Positions 63,448-64,000 of a stretch of 64,000 nt of DNA are shown here, piece by piece (position 1 is the first letter of the stretch; the number at the start of each line of letters is the position of its first letter). The stretch is taken from positions 7,508 through 71,507 of the forward strand of contig CAYPLO010000001.1 of assembly GCA_964411615.1 (NCBI GenBank), read 5' to 3'. The notes under the pieces are model-generated. The model worked only from the letters and a program-made list of their open reading frames with translations, was not told the origin of the DNA and did no database searches. The position numbers and the translations under genes were made by a program. Source of the stretch: an uncultured Aquificales bacterium (GTDB lineage: Bacteria > Thermosulfidibacterota > Thermosulfidibacteria > Thermosulfidibacterales > Thermosulfidibacteraceae).

Positions 63448-64000
63448 ATGCGTCGTCTGTGTGTGCTGGTGGTATCTCTGCTCTGCCTTGTGGGGTTTTC
63501 AAGGGGTGAGGTTTGGGTTGAGAAGAACACAGGAATAGAGTTTGTGAAGGTTAAAGGCGGATGTTTCATCAAGGGATGCGTAAAAGGAGATAGTAGCTGT
63601 TATTTTGATGAGAAGCCATCTCAAAAGGTGTGCGTTAAGGACTTCTGGATATCAAGGTATGAAGTGACCCTTGGCCAGTGGAAGAGGTTTGTGGAGGAGA
63701 CCCACTATAAGCCGGCGAAGAAGGACCTGTGGGGCTGTGTAGATGTGGGAAAGCCCATGTTTGAACAGGACGACAGGCATCCCGTTGTCTGTGTGAACTG
63801 GTACGATGCTGAGGCATTTGCTAAGTGGCTCAGCAAAAAGACGGGATTGAAGTTCAGATTGCCCACAGAGGCGGAGTGGGAGTATGCGTGCAAAAAAGGG
63901 GGAGGGCTTTACTCCTGCGGAGACTCTGTAAATGGTAACCTTGCCAACTACTGGTCGGGATTTGCCGGAAGAAGCGGCAAAGATATCTACAAGTTCACCT
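63448..64000 (+). CDS. secreted FGE-sulfatase (SUMF1/formylglycine-generating-enzyme-like) domain protein; 3' end beyond the window
   Basis: Not in the ORF track (no stop in the window). ATG 63448 lies after GGAGGG. Hand translation: MRRLCVLVVSLLCLVGFSRGEVWVEKNTGIEFVKVKGG...FWISRYEVTLGQWKRFVEETHY...HPVVCVNWYDAEAFAKWLSKKTGLKFRLPTEAEWEYACKKGG. These are hallmark FGE-sulfatase motifs. Confidence 0.75.
   Translation, partial: MRRLCVLVVSLLCLVGFSRGEVWVEKNTGIEFVKVKGGCFIKGCVKGDSSCYFDEKPSQKVCVKDFWISRYEVTLGQWKRFVEETHYKPAKKDLWGCVDVGKPMFEQDDRHPVVCVNWYDAEAFAKWLSKKTGLKFRLPTEAEWEYACKKGGGLYSCGDSVNGNLANYWSGFAGRSGKDIYKFT

Noticed and set aside
1-64000. Mobile elements, prophage, defence systems (CRISPR-Cas, restriction-modification, toxin-antitoxin, Abi/retron-like) and rRNA genes.
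   Set aside because: No integrase, transposase or recombinase motifs were seen. There are no direct or inverted terminal repeats flanking any block, no repeat-spacer array, and no unassigned multi-gene cluster. Every gap is 140 nt or less, and every substantial ORF has either a housekeeping, flagellar or respiratory assignment or is a single isolated hypothetical.

Overview
This is a densely packed bacterial chromosome segment. The largest non-coding gaps are about 90-140 nt. Codon style looks thermophilic (AGG/AGA Arg, ATA Ile, GAG-rich), and hand-counted 60-nt lines give about 50-58% GC in most genes. I saw no rRNA, CRISPR array, transposase, integrase or prophage.

Gene order:
- lysC; a truD + dihaem-ORF pair; a Clp1-like P-loop kinase + argC; tRNA-Gln/tRNA-Glu.
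- A complete tol-pal operon (tolQ-tolR-tolA-like-tolB-pal-ybgF) with an extra translationally coupled GAF/degenerate-GGDEF-like ORF; mreB.
- The rimP-nusA-ylxR/L7Ae-infB-DUF503-rbfA-nrnA operon; a crotonase; hemW; an AIM24-family gene; two tiny ORFs.
- A flagellar block with a sigma54-type promoter: flgF-G-A-H-I-J(short)-M-N-K-L-fliW-csrA. FlgL is 1114 aa.
- A DUF5684-like gene; bifunctional nuclease + miaB; glnA; an orphan ATP-grasp ORF.
- An LPS block: lpxI-hprA-like-bcp-lpxB-msbA-DUF374.
- A Bax-like glucosaminidase, a polysaccharide deacetylase and a trmJ-like gene.
- An approximately 18 kb molybdenum and nitrogen-respiration region: sorAB, mobB, moeA, a MoeA-like gene, modCBA, moaA, mobA, moaC-moaB fusion, moaE, napD, napH-G-A plus a tetrahaem cytochrome, a haem-c (DUF3365-type) sensor kinase with an OmpR-type regulator, a NapC/NrfH-type tetrahaem cytochrome plus an octahaem HAO-like cytochrome, and an FGE-sulfatase-domain gene cut by the right edge.

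The gene content resembles flagellated, nitrate-ammonifying thermophilic Aquificota such as Thermovibrio or Desulfurobacterium. That is an inference from memory, not a search result. All family calls rest on motifs read by eye, and start codons were refined by hand using SD sequences and family N-termini.

No clearly unprecedented multi-gene system stands out. The most promising leads are:
1. The haem-c sensor kinase/regulator, flanked by two identical GTTAA-N5-TTAAC palindromes, sitting between the nap and hao operons.
2. The NrfH-like + octahaem HAO-like module as a possible nitrite-ammonifying terminal reductase.
3. The giant FlgL.
4. A bacterial Clp1-type polynucleotide kinase.
5. The GAF/GGDEF-like ORF appended to tol-pal.
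6. A tiny Gly/Arg-rich zinc-ribbon ORF pair.
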